Positions 24,673-38,393 of a stretch of DNA of 64,000 bases are shown one piece after another. The notes below the pieces were generated by a model. That model made no database searches, was not told the DNA's origin, and saw only the letters and a list, made by a program, of their open reading frames with translations. Every line of letters begins with the position of its first letter. Positions within the stretch are counted from its first letter, which is position 1. The stretch spans positions 16,961,634-17,025,633 of the forward strand of contig NC_068990.1 of the NCBI RefSeq assembly GCF_001194135.2, given 5' to 3'. This DNA comes from Octopus bimaculoides. Its lineage: Eukaryota. A program made the translations under genes and the position numbers.

Positions 24673-26088
24673 AATAATAATAATAGTAATAATAACAATA
24701 ATAATAATAATTACGATAATAATGATAATGATAATAATAATAATAATCCCGAAAGGATGAAAGGCAAAGTCGACCTTGGCGGAATTTGAACTCAGAAAGT
24801 AAAGACAGACGAAATACCGCTAAGCATTTCCTGCTAACGTTTCTGCCAGCTCGCCGCCTTATTTTATAAAACATCGAATGGCTATGGAGGTCTATCTGAG
24901 TAAAATAGGAATGAAAGGTGTCCATTGGTAAAAAATCATTAAGAACCCTTGCTCTTAGTCGAAATTTAAGGCTAATGATTGGTATTTTGCATTAATATTA
25001 TTTAGAAGTAATAAATACTTTTCTTTTGAAAATTATTATTCATTTCATCATTTTTATATAAGCACCAAGAAATTTGATAAAAGTTTCATTATTATTATTG
25101 ATGTATGCCATATTTCCTGATATTACCTTTGATGGTAAAAGTATACTTCTAAAGTTATTTCTCACATGAGAAGTAAGACTCTAGTTACCATACAAGGCTA
25201 ATGCTGGTATTTCATTCACTTCCTGTTTCACTAACTGAATATAGAAGCCTTTGAAAGGTGTATTTCTTTGAGGTTTTGCTTTCTAACTCAGTTATGTTTT
25301 CTTTAATTGTTTAGATGAGATATAACAAACAATGTGTTCAAATAGCAAAACCAAATGAACAGATACATTCGTTTGTATATCATTCCATGCTGTCAGGAAG
25401 GGTGAAATGAAACCACAATATTCTATGAATTACAGAAACATTCTTAGAATTGCCTAAACAGAGTAGAAGAACAGGAGTAGATATTCATTGATAGTTTTTG
25501 GTTGTCAAGGTGTAACTGAGATGTATTCACTAAATACATGACTGTGTGTGTATTACGTGCATGCGTGTGTCTATTATATGTATGTGTGTGTCATACAAGT
25601 GAGTATATATTACCTTGCTTGGAGACAGGTAAGGGCTGGTGACAGGAAGGATATCCTGCTGCCAAAAAATTTGCCTCAACAAAAATCTTGTCTGATTCAT
25701 GCAAAGATAGAAGATTGGATCTTAAATGTGTGTGTTTGTGTGAGTGCACATGTGTGTGTTTGTGCAGATTTGCCTGAGTTTACTCCTTCAAGGATAAGAT
25801 TACATTACCAAACAATTTTTTCAAACTGTTTTTAAAAACATAAATAATTTGGTGATATAAATCATTATATTTTCTTTAAAGACAAATTCTCCTAATGGTG
25901 CTAATAAAAGTTTGTGTGTGCTGCCTGCATTAAATATGTTAACACTGTGAATACCAAATCACATTTTCCTCCCAGCAGACATATACAGATAAAGCTGATG
26001 AGGTGTAAATAAATAACTTAATGAAACAAGTTTGAAATTGCCTCCTGCACTTTGTGAAATGGTTTAAAATAATATCAGTTAATAACTA

Positions 26089-26119
<31 letters not shown>

Positions 26120-26906
26120 CATTATTATTATTATTATTTTGTTTACAAGACAGTTAACATATTTGGTGATCTTGAGCTTTAAGTACATGTATCTGCAGTA
26201 CTGCTAATGAAATCAGAACAATCTGAGAAAATACAAAAATAGAATTGGGTATCCTGGGTAAGCAGAACAAATATGTAAATATTTAAAGGTCAATAAACTA
26301 CATGAAATGGAAATTTATTAATTTAATATTTTCTTTGGTTAAATCTTTTCAAACTTCTAAGGGATGTTTCTAGTTTATTTTCGTTATTGTTAAGGCAGTA
26401 AGCTGGCCGAATCGTTAGCACACTGGGCAAAATACTAGGTCAACTTTGCTTTTCATCCTTTTGGGGTCAATAAAATAAGTACCAGTTGAGCACTGAGGTC
26501 AATATAATCGACCAGCCTCCTCCCCACAAATTTCAGGCCATGTACCATTAATAGAAAAAATTATTATTGTTGTTCTTGTTTGAGGGTTGGGTTATTTTTC
26601 TCATAATCTTTGGTTTACGACACAACCAACTTGTAGCATGTATATAGAAGTATGATTATTACGTTATTTGTAGGCTCTTGGATGTTACTTTAACAACTCT
26701 GCTGTTAAAGTAGAAACAAAATTGTTGCAATTAAAAAAGCTGAATATTTTGATAGATAAAAATGAAATACTAATGGGTTATTAAACAAATTATTTAATAA
26801 GTGACTTTTAAGCATTTAAATATTCATTCCACTTACTTGAGATATCCAAGAGTATTTTTGTATTTTCCCACCGGAATGTTTATTTTCATTTTTAGCCCTG
26901 CAGATA

Positions 26907-26974
<68 letters not shown>

Positions 26975-26984
26975 TCTATATACA

Positions 26985-27078
<94 letters not shown>

Positions 27079-30000
27079 ATACTAAAACTCAAAGTTTGTT
27101 TGTTTTCCTGCCATTTGATTAAGATCGTGCTGGTGGCACGTAAAAAGCACCCACTACACTCTCGAAGTAGCTGGCATTAGGAAGGGCATCCAGCTGTAGA
27201 AACCTTGCCAGATCAGATTGGAGTCTGGTGCAGCTTCCTAGCTTGCCAGTCCTCAGTCAAACCATTCATGCTCGCATGGAAAGTGGATGTTAAATGATGA
27301 TGACGACAATGATGATGATGATAAAGATTACAAATAAAATAGTCATTTCCCCCTTTAAGAAAAAATAAATCAAGTTAAAAATATCAATACTTTAAAGAAT
27401 TGTGTCAGCTGCTGCCCTTCGTCCCTTTTACTTTCTTCCTTTTTTTTTCCCTTACTCATTTATACAACTTTCAGAGTGCTGTGGACTTGAATGATAGAAA
27501 TTCTTCCTATATTTTTATGAGATATTTTTGAATCACAGGTACCTGATATTCTTTTTTTTTTACTTAAAGGGGAAAATTACTATTTTATTTAAAACAAATA
27601 TTAGTCTTTATCATCTTAATCAAAAGGCAAAAAAACAGACAGAGACTATCTCTTTATAAATGAAGACCAGTTGCAATGGGAGGTGCTGAACCTCATAAGA
27701 ATGGAAAAACAAATGGGTTGTACATTATAATGAAAGTCTTTTGAGAGCATTCAAATGCCACTGCAACAGTGAAAACATTCCCATTCTCTGTCACTCTTCT
27801 GACCCTTTTGTTCACTCTCACTTTCCTCTTACCCTTTCATTCCTCCTTTTCCATCTTGCTACTTTCACTTTGGTCATTGTGTTACTCTGTTTTATTACTC
27901 TCTCTCTCTCTCTCTGACTCTGGCTCTTATCCATAACTCTCTTCTATTAACCTTCTGCTCCAATCACTTTAGAATGTACTTAAACCCTAAGATCGACATT
28001 TAATTAATGCATGGAGCATTGAAAAAGCAAACACTGTCATTATGAACAGACAGCCATTTTTCTTCAAGCAGACATGTACAGCTAGATACTGATGGTGGGC
28101 AAATAAATAACTAAATGAATTAAGGGGAAAAAAATGAAAACTAATAAAAGAATATCAAAAAGAAACGGCGTAATCGGTAGCATGCTTCTTTAATCTTTCT
28201 AACAGAGTTTGATCTAGTACCAATTGCACCTTCAATCATTTTATCGTCGTTTGTTTACACTGAGGAGTACATATATATTTTAAATAAGGGAAAATCCTCT
28301 CGAATAAATCCTAATCTAAATGACCATATTTTTATGGTAGAAACAGATGATAAAGTAATCATTAATTTTGGTCTGTTATTTCACTTAGCTCTCTTGTGGT
28401 TAGGTTAGCATTTGGTGAACATTTCCCAGCAGTACAGTTCGAAATATAATATATTGCTTGTTGTGTTCAATGAGCAGTAAATTAACCTCGGAGGTTTTCC
28501 AGATAAACTAAGTTGTGGGAAAAGAAAAAAATTCAATTCATTAGGTATTTAATATATTGGGATTCAAAGTTCTTTCCGTAAGAACTTAAAAAAATTTTTT
28601 ACGCTGATGTAGTTTTGTATGCCGACGACGAAAATCACAATCATTGTAATAAAAAAAAAGTTACAAGCATTTCAAATTATATAAATTTATCCCATTGGAA
28701 GCTTCTGTGGAACAGCATTAATATTATCACCAACGTTTGTTGTTATCCACCTGTCGTCTATTTCCCGTTTCCTGCCCAGGTTCTTTAAACAAGTGCAGGA
28801 AACTCTTCAACCGCGACTGTGGTTCAGTTTTTGACTGTGTGGTTGAAAGAACTAATTACAGTGTTTTTATGGGTAGTAGCACTACGGTTGTTGATTATGA
28901 CAATTACTTACGTGAGGTACGTGCAGAGAATTCACTCTGTAAATCATGAAAATTGTGGCTTCTGCTGTGTCGTTTTATTATTAGTTTCTAGAGAATGTGA
29001 TTTTTGTCAAAACCATGCAAAACTACATTAATGTCGAAAATTTGGAAAAATTCTGACATGTTCATTCACCCAGATGATCTTAATTTAGAATATACCTAAC
29101 TACGTCAAATAGGGGTATCTTCCTCCCTAAGAAGGAAATATATTTCTTATTTACTTTACAAACCTAGATTTGGAACAGAATATAAATCTTTTTAACATGC
29201 ACTGCATCTTAGGTGAAGTTGTGAATCCAGGAATTGAGGGGAAAGGGTTAAGTCGATACCATAGAGCCCACTACTTAACTCATATATTTTACTAACCCTG
29301 GAGGGATTAAAAACAAAGTTGACGTCAGTGAGATTTGAAATCAGAATATAAATAGTCGGTATGAAAACCGTAAAGTATTTTTTCCGACGTTCTAATGATT
29401 CTGCCAGCTCTCCACCTTAATAATGGGCTCTAATTTAGGCACAAGGCTAATAATTTTGATAGGAGGGAATTAGTCAATACCAGTGATGCCAATACGTGAC
29501 TGATCCTTTATTTTACTGACCCCGAAGGGATGAAAAGACAAGTTGATCATAGAAGGGATTTGAACTCAAGACATAAAGACCTGGGGCAAATGCTGCACAG
29601 TATTTTTTTCCATCACTTTAACAATTCTGCCAATCCCACATGGAACCGAAACATATTTGGAGACTGTCATGCATTGACTGACAAGGCTTAAATAGTCATA
29701 AAAGGGCTCATACGCAGGTGTTCTACGATTGATCACGTGACATGCTCATTGAGACTGGATACATTAGTTGTCCAATCGGATCACTTGACAGATCAATCAA
29801 GCACGGCAAAATATGTTTGTTCACTGGAGCCCCTAATTATTTTTAAACAGAAGGATCTTTCCTACTTTCACCACCAGTGAGGTAAGATGAAGGTACACAG
29901 AGAGGAGGGTTATTTCTGCAGGTTGCTTTGATGCGCTACATGTGTTCCTGTTTACCTTGCACCTGTAAGCAGAAATGATGTGAGAACCAGCAAGAAAGGA

Positions 30001-31029
30001 TGTCATGTATTTCTGTTCCTGTCCACCCAGCACACATCACCAAGTTCCGACTGATTTGAAAAGCAAATATGTATATTTTCATCTGACAGTTATCATCACG
30101 ATGTACCAATTCCTTTAGTGGCTGAATAAAAAATGGCAGTTAATTGCAACTTGTTTTCTTGTATATCTTTCAACTGTTTATACATGACTCATTGGAACCA
30201 AGAAATTGTAATTATACCAGGGCCTGAGACACGTTAATCAACCCGCTAAACATGTAAAAACCACTCCTGTGAAGCACCATGTGAAGATGATGTGTAAACT
30301 TATAGTTTATAAACAACTATAACTTACAAACAAAAAGAGAAAAAAAAAATGAATCAACGAATAATGCAAAATATACACAAAATATACATAAATGGATAAA
30401 TAAAAAAATACTTTATGCTGAGAAATATAAGATATTTTTAATAAAATGTTTTTTAAAAATTATATATAAACAAGCTCAGTTTTGTTTAGCAAAAAGCAAT
30501 TTCTATACTGTGTGTGAACGTGTGTGTGTGTGTGTGTTTAAACATATTTAGTTCTGCTGGATCTAGTTTCCGATCACATGTTCTCATTATCAACAGATTT
30601 AACATCAATTAACTTTCCAAAACTACTCTGTCTTTACATATGTATAGTCTATATTATGTCAAGTACTGTGCCATTTACTTCACACTTTCTCAAAGTGTAA
30701 TGATTATATGACAGTTTCTTATTTCTTAACACAGTTCTTTGCAAATTCTTTGAACTCTGCAAGGTCATTTGAGCTGCAGAGGTTGAGAAGCAGAAAGCAA
30801 ACAAGTGCTACGTTGTATAGTCTACTTTCTTGAGTCACAGATGGTAGGACCGGTCTTCTGGTACCATCCAAAACAATTTTTAATTGTCCTATTCGAAGTA
30901 GAAGCACTCATGTCACGATCCCTATCTAGTAATATTTGGTATTAATGGTGAAATTTACCTGGAACTTTGAAGCCGAGTTGAAAGGGAACTGTGTAGTGAA
31001 GAGTTGGTTTAATAACTTGTTTGCTAGTT

Positions 31030-31318
31030 AAGGCGGTGAGCTGGCAGAAACACTCTCCCGCAAAATATTGGGCCTTGTGCCTAGAGTAGAAAAGAATGTT
31101 TTAAAGGCGGCGAGCTGGCAGAAACGTCAGTAGGCCGGGCGAAATGTTAAGCAGTATTTCGTCTGTCTTTATGGTCTGAGATCAAATTCCGCCAAGGTCA
31201 ACTTTGCCTTTCATCCTTTTGGGGTCGATAAATTAAGTACAGTTGATTACTGGGGTTGATCTAATTGACTGGCACCCTCCCCCAAAATTTCAGGCCTTGT
31301 GCTTAGAGTAGAAAAGAA
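31030..31318 (+). mobile_element. SINE family A: an internally deleted copy followed by a full copy
   Basis: The first ~65 bp join the head (gagctggcagaaac) directly to the tail (ggccttgtgcctagagtagaaaagaat). A complete copy follows. Confidence 0.75.
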
Positions 31319-31404
31319 TTTGCTTGTCAGTTAGGTATAATTCACTTAACCAGGTTTGAAGATAGTTGATCACTTTCTTAGCAGCAAGTGAATTCAGATA
31401 GCTC

Positions 31405-31755
31405 TAAGGGGTTCTCAATAATTTTTCATCTGTGGATCCCTTTGATTACTATTGTATCCTGGTGGACCCCAATAGCCAATTTGATGTTTAAAAACTAGTT
31501 TTATAGAAACTTTTTTCAAAATATCTATTTTGTTTTCCACACATTAACTTGTGTAGGTTGAACTATGTAAGATATTAGAGAAAGAAACCCAGCTGTTTCC
31601 TGCAATACATACCAATATATACATCTAAAGCAACATTTTTTCAGGGTCCCTTAAAATACTATTGTGGATACTCAATTTACTATTTTGTTACATGGGCCCC
31701 CCAAAATTTTGTATGCACCCTCAGTGGTCATATGGATCCCGGGTGAGAACTAGTA
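31405..31755. mobile_element. hAT-Charlie-like MITE (decayed); a related copy lies at ~48779-49022
   Basis: Ends ggggttctcaa ... gtgagaactag resemble CAGTGGTTCTCAA TIRs. The internal gatgtttaaaaa..ctatt segment is shared with the 48.8-kb copy. Confidence 0.5.
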
Positions 31756-33120
31756 GATTAAAGAAATACTGAATGTTCAAGGGATAATAATGCACTGGGT
31801 TAGGACCCTAATGCACTTCTCCATGCCCACAAGAGGATTTCAACACTGTATGCTTAAAGTTGTGTAAGGTTTAACCAAACTCGGCATGTTTATTTATACT
31901 GAGGTGGACTTAGTAAGTGTTAAATCTCTCATCTAACAGACACTGTGCAGTGCATTCCCAAAGTAACAACCACAAACCCTACAGGTTTTTACCATTTTTG
32001 CTTATCATCCTCAAAAATCCAAACATTTAACGGTGAAAATATGAAAGATTATGAAGACCTTAATTAAATTATGAAGTCTATTAATTTCCAAAATAGAATT
32101 AGAGGTATAAATTAAATGGGAGACGTTTGAACTGGGAATCGAAACCGGTTCGCTGATGTTATTTGCAGAGTGTTTATTTGGGGCTTAATAGCTATAAATA
32201 AAAAAATATGGTTGTGCATAGGAATTTATCAATGTTGAACAATGTAGAAGCCAATGGGGTAAGCTTCAACGTAATCATTTGATTGACTAGAAATAGCTGC
32301 CAGATTTTCCCCAAATCACAGATTATTTACTGTCTTAAAATTTGTAGCTTCAAGCAGGAAAAGGAAGATGGAATGGCCGCGGCTGAAATACACACACACA
32401 CACACACACACACACACGAAAAAATACATTTCCTTTACACGCTAAGAAGTGGATAGGAGGGGGTGGTAGTGTACTTGATCTTTGAAGGTCATTCACCCGT
32501 ACATTAAACGGAACTAATTTTCTAATCAGTTTAGCGAGCGCACTGCTTTCTTAAATGAGTTGGCTTAGCCTGAGGGGTTAAATTCTTCAGTCGGTGCATG
32601 GAATCGACCGTAATTCAAAGAACTATTTGAACAAGATTCTCTAGTTGCGGTAAAACTGATTTGTTTTTAATTTGAAACCATAAGCAGTGAAATGTCTTTA
32701 AGAGTGACGGACGCTAAAATTAGAATTAATTCATAGCCTAAAATATATCAGTTGTGTGTGCGCATGCGCACATGTCTGGCTGTATGGTTGAGAAGTTTGC
32801 TTCCTAACCATACGGTTTCAAGTTCAATCCCATTGCGCAGCACCTAGGACAAGTGTTTTCAACTATTGCACTGGGCCAACCAAGGTCTTGTAAATGGATT
32901 TGGTAGACAGAAAACCGAAAGAAGCCCATCGTATGAATTTGTGAGTATATGTGTGGATGCATGTATGTAAGTGAGTGCGTCGCTCTTTGCCTAGATATCA
33001 TGTTATGGTGATAAACAAATGTTGTTCATTTCCAGTCTTCTACGAAAAACATGTCTAACAATAGAGAAATATTTATCGTGCTTGGAAACAGTTGAGGATT
33101 GTTGACAGGAATGCAGTTGG

Positions 33121-33664
33121 GGATCTTTTTTAAAACGGGGGCCACATTTTTTATTAACGAAACACTTTGAAACTTGGAACACTGGTAGAATGTGTCATAT
33201 AAAACATCTTTTTCTCTTAGTCTTCTTTAAAAAAAAGAAATCCCTAAGTTATTCCATGTTAAAGTTGTCGTATTTCTGTAATTTCAACCAATCACTGACG
33301 TCCATTCAGCCGATATACATTAAGTGCCGACTACATAAACAAACGATTCTGAAACAATTCTATCGGTGATAGGGTTAGGGTTAGGGTAANNNNNNNNNNA
33401 ATTTAAAATGAAAAAAAGCAAATAAAACGAAGCTATGGCTTAATCAGCCAAAGGAGTAAATATAAACAGCTGAATACTTGTCAGTGATTGGTTGAAATTA
33501 TCGAAATAAGACAATTTTTTACATGAAATAAATTCGAATACAAAAACATTTTTCTGTTCTATAACACAAAATAGATAAGTATACGAAATTTGAAAGTCTT
33601 TCGGTACCAAAAACACTACGTAAAACATTAATGAAAAATGTGGCCCCCGTTTTAAAAAAGATCC
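33121..33664. mobile_element. MITE with GG-terminal TIRs and an 8-bp TSD (Merlin-like), inserted in a SINE
   Basis: ~37-bp TIR ggatcttttttaaaacgggggccacattttt(c)attaa at both ends. Perfect 8-bp TSD gcagttgg at 33113-33120 and 33665-33672. A second internal inverted repeat (atttcaaccaatcactgac) and a central (TTAGGG)n stretch are present. Confidence 0.85.
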
Positions 33665-34699
33665 GCAGTTGGCTATAGAGAATCTGTCTCGAAACAACAA
33701 TACATCTGTGAGTTACACCTAGTCACGAAGTAGTACAGTTAGTTGCTTCAAGTAGCGCCTGCACTGGTTAACAGACGAGAAGTGATTTTAAATCGTCGTC
33801 GAGGATGTTAAGAAAAAAACGGACGGGCTCCACAAGGTTTGTCTTGTCACGATCTTATCTGTTGGAGGAAAGTGGACGGGGTGGGGGGACAGCCTCTTGT
33901 TCCATAAAAAGAAAAAGCAAAAAAAAAAATGCACCATTTAAAGACAAGTTTACGGAGTTGCACATCTACGAACTTCTGTGTTACTACACACATACACACA
34001 CACTCACACACTCCTCTCTCTGTTTTCTCTCTTAGATATGTACAGTCTTTGACAATTTGATAAACATGCTTATAGTATATTTCCTGAACATACGCAAGCA
34101 TACACACAAAAATAGTCGTGTACACGCAAACATACACACATAAGCAGGCGAATATACGCTGACACTCGCTGAGGTCGACTTAGCCTTTCAACCTTTCGAG
34201 ATCGAAAAATTAAGTACCAGTTGCGTATGAAGATCGATCTAATTGACCGGCCTCCTCCGCAAAAATTTCGGGCCTTGTGCCTAGAGAAGAAAAAAATATA
34301 CGCTAACGCGCGCGCGCGCATNNNNNNNNNNNNNNNNNNNNNNNNNNNNNNNNNNNNNNNNNNNNNNNNNNNNNNNNNNNNNNNNNNNNNNNNNNNNNNN
34401 NNNNNNNNNNNNNNNNNNNNNNNNNNNNNNNNNNNNNNNNNNNNNNNNNNNNNNNNNNNNNNNNNNNNNNNNNNNNNNNNNNNNNNNNNNNNNNNNNNNN
34501 NNNNNNNNNNNNNNNNNNNNNNNNNNNNNNNNNNNNNNNNNNNNNNNNNNNNNNNNNNNNNNNNNNNNNNNNNNNNNNNNNNNNNNNNNNNNNNNNNNNN
34601 NNNNNNNNNNNNNNNNNNNNNNNNNNNNNNNNNNNNNNNNNNNNNNNNNNNNNNNNNNNNNNNNNNNNNNNNNNNNNNNNNNNNNNNNNNNNNNNNNNN

Positions 34700-34786
34700 G
34701 AAGAAGAAGAAGAAGAAGAAGAAGAAGAAGAAGAAGAAGAAGAAGAAGAAGAAGAAGAAGAAGAAGAAGAAGAAGAAGAAGAAGAA
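34700..34786. repeat. (GAA)n microsatellite at a gap edge
   Basis: Read directly; it produces the poly-K/F/S pseudo-ORFs. Confidence 0.95.
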
Positions 34787-35969
34787 GGGGAATAAAAGAA
34801 ACAAAGCCATTCTGCTCTAAAGACTGATTGCCAACACATTGTTGTTGAAAATGATATCAGTCAGATGAGTCTCTGATACTTTAATGGTTTTGGTAAGGAG
34901 AAATTTAGTGACGGATACAACAGGATTCTTAAAAACCTCTTGTTTCTCAGAAATTTGAAACACGCCCATACTTTAGATTCCAGAAATCATTTTTCACCAT
35001 CTCCGAAAGAAAAGCATGCCCCTTGTGTTACAAGTGGCACTCCGTCGGTTAACGACGACGAGGGTTGCAGTTGATCTGATCTGATCAACGTAACAGCTTG
35101 CTCGTGGAACTAACGTTCAAATGGCCGAGCGCTCCAAAAACAAGCGTACCCTTAACGTAGTTCTCAGGGAGATTCAGCGTGACACAGAATGTGACAAGGC
35201 TGGCCCTTTGAAAAACAGGCACTACTCATTTTGCCAATTGAGTGGACTGAGAGTTACGTGAAACAAAGTGTCTTGCTCAAGGTCGCAAAATGCCGTCGGG
35301 AATCGAACTCACAACCTCCCGATTGAGCCGAATACCCAAACCACTAAGCCACGCACTTTCACTGTCCCGTGTCTTGTATGGGTTATAAGGACTTCTACTG
35401 GCCAAAATTTCATGAAAAGAACATAAAGAACTTCCTCATTGTGCCACGTTCACTGGCACCAAAATGTTATAGTACCTTGTAGTGATAAGTGTAGTATTTC
35501 TAATCACGAATCTCATTTCGTATATCAACGACTTATGTTTACCCATAAAATGGGATTGTTTTCATGATATCTTGAATATATGTGTGTTGTATACACTGTT
35601 TATGCCACATATGTTGGTTACATGAGACTATATGATTAAAAAAAAAACCCTAACCCTAACCTTACCAAACTAAACCTACCTACCTATTTTACACCCCTCT
35701 GTGGTCAGTATAGTACCAATCACCCCTCAAGGGTCCAGCATCAGTTCTTGCTATCACTGCCTCTTCCTCCTCTGCTGCTGCTTTTAGCAACCCTTGAATA
35801 TGTTAGTGTCGTTTAATTTCTGAACTGTTTCGCTGCCGTTTGTTTATGTAGTTTGATCTCTTTATCCATCTTTCTAGTAAGATAGATACACGAGTAAAAT
35901 TACTAATAGAGAAACGAAAATAAAACTTTGGAAGCAGCAACGCCACCATAGGTTACATGAAAACCATGA

Positions 35970-36241
35970 ACATGTTTTCAAGGGAGATAATCAGAGAAAG
36001 ACTTCAAACAACGTAACATTGTAATATTTCATGCAAAGTAAATATAACAAATGAAAAATCCTTTAAGAATCCATAAAAATTCCCGGATCACTAACAAAAT
36101 TTCATCATCTGTTCCTTGTGTCATTACCAACTTTTCCTACAAGTTTCATCGAATACCGTTCACAATTTTTTGAGTTATTTTGCACACAGACGGACAAACC
36201 AACGCCGATAAAAACATAACCTCCTTCCTTGGCGGAGGTAA
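35970..36241 (+). mobile_element. Second HINE-like element (3' part)
   Basis: Ends aaacataacctccttccttggcggaggta, the same terminal hairpin motif; it shares aagtttcatc with the 56-kb element. The 5' boundary is uncertain. Confidence 0.5.
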
Positions 36242-36883
36242 CAAAACAATGTCATACATATTTATTCTGAATATCTTCCGGCAGATTCAAACGTGAATAT
36301 GCTAAGCGCTACTGTTTCGGCTTGTATGGATAGTTTTCTTCTCTAAGATAAAGCATCTCCGGTTATACAGTTGCGAGCCGATATTCGCAAAAGTGCTCAC
36401 TGAGGATACAGCTTGGGTTTTAATCTCCATTTATCTGTTAAGGGTTATTATTGAAAAGAAAGAGATGGACATTTGAACTGCAACAGATCACAGATGTATT
36501 ACAAGAGTGCTTCTTCAGGTGTATGAGGGCGGAAGTTAAAAAGCTAATATTTAATGAGAATCAGAGATGTTAATTATGCTGGTTAATGATAAATATTTTC
36601 ATAAGATAATTGGTGAGTAATCTTTCACTGGTTACAGCTATTTAACTGTGGCCAATCTGGAGCACAGCCATTAAATACTACTCGATATTTCCAAACCATT
36701 GAGGAAGCCTCTGCACCAGGTTAGTAAAACCCGTTGCACGCGAACAGAATTTTGTAATTATATTGAAATTTGAAACTAAGTTTCTGGCGAAGTTCTTAAA
36801 AGTCATATGGGGGGAAAAGGTGTAAGATTTAAAACCAAAATAATAATTAAATACAAATTACATAACGATATGATTGTTACAGC

Positions 36884-37180
36884 TATAGAGTTTTACTACA
36901 AGTAGGTGAAAGACGACAGCTCCTGAGCATTGTGAAAAAAAACAAAAGCTCATCTATTATGGCCATATTCGAAGAAGCAGAGGTTTGGAAAACATTATCA
37001 TGGAAGGAAGAGTAGAGGGCAGTAGATAAAAAGGCAGGCAAAAACCGCAATGAATGGACAATATCAAGTGCTGGTTGGACAAAAGTAGCGAGGCAGCTGA
37101 AGAACTCGCGTTTAATCAAGAAGAGTTCTGTTGTAGTGTTACCAATGTGCTGCAAGTGTACAATGCATAACGACAACGAA
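36884..37180 (+). mobile_element. RTE-clade LINE 3' end fragment (decayed)
   Basis: Plus-strand translation RQLLSIVKK..KLIYYGHIRRSRGLENIIMEGRVEGSR*KGRQ matches the RTE C-terminus (GHI.R...LE..I..G..EG.R.RGR). Confidence 0.75.
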
Positions 37181-38345
37181 CTATATAAAGAGAACTGACG
37201 TATAGATATCCGCGGTAATATATCGGCGGTAATTAAGTGTTCCATAATAGATAGTTACAATCCAACACGCCATCGTGTAAATTCTTATTAACTCCTACCG
37301 CATTATCTTCTCCTTGATATACATATCCCTTTAAATTAATTCAAATTAATTATGTATCTTAATAAGATAATTATGGAACTAATGATGTTTATTGCTAATG
37401 AAACAGCTGTTGAGCATAATTATAAATTATTTGCGAAGTTTATGCTTTTTTTCCTTTTATTTTAAGTTACATAACTAAATTAAGAAAAAAATAAAGATTT
37501 TTATTATTTTTTTCAGCACAGATGTGCCTCATAGGTTCTTCTGCATTTGAAGTTTGCCCCTCATTCTAAAAAGTTTCTTTCCACGCGGTCACACTGCATG
37601 CTAGAAATGGTAACTCTGGACATATTAGCAACAGTCACTCGATATACTACAATCAGCTACCAAACCGTACTCATTCACTACCATCTTTGAATGGCTGTCG
37701 TCACATTCATTCAATTTACTTTCATTTTTTTTGAAACACCTTCACTGCATGTTAACCTACGAGATTTATCTGCTTTTATTAAACGAAGAAATATCCCATA
37801 CACTGTGTTATTTAACTCCAGATCAGGCTTGACTACATAAACATATAATCAAAGGCGCGCCAGTCACGACTATTCCGTCATTGTCTCGAGCATTATTGTC
37901 GATGTCTACATTATTCAATATGTCCATCTCTTTAAAGACAGCAGTAATTATAATGAGCATTTCCTATACGTAGCGTTTTGGTCACCCAAATGTTTTAGCT
38001 GTCCAGCATAACGCGCGTGCGTGTGGCTATGTATGTCTGCTGGACTAAAACAGCCATTTGCAGTTTTCAAACATTTAAAAAGAATTCTTAAATGTGGATA
38101 GAGCATGCCAAAATGGATAGAGTTAGTGGTATTTTGGGAGATGTACGTGGAAGAGACAGCGAGTAATGTAAGATGGGGGAGGTAGAAGAAGTAGAGGGGG
38201 TAGTAAGGATGTGTGGGAGGGGTTGAGGAGAGGGTGATCTCATAGGGGACTTATCGGAGGAAGAGGATGTTAATGTACAGATAAGGAATAGATTAAGGAT
38301 GCCAGCAGAAACTGTCTAGTTGGCTTGGAATTCTACTTGGTGTAA

Positions 38346-38393
<48 letters not shown>

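Noticed and set aside
30719-30907. 62-aa minus-strand ORF with a hydrophobic stretch as integrin exon 1
   Set aside because: It lacks the FN.D and FG motifs and a suitable phase-2 donor.
32229-32240. Minus-strand FNID (and FNVD near 52441-52452) as integrin exon 1
   Set aside because: No preceding signal peptide and no following FG(Y/F)S motif, with stops nearby. The second match lies in a SINE tail.
33370-33387. TTAGGG runs (also CCCTAA near 35647) as a telomere or fusion site
   Set aside because: Only two to three units; the 33.4- and 62.5-kb runs are internal to a MITE.
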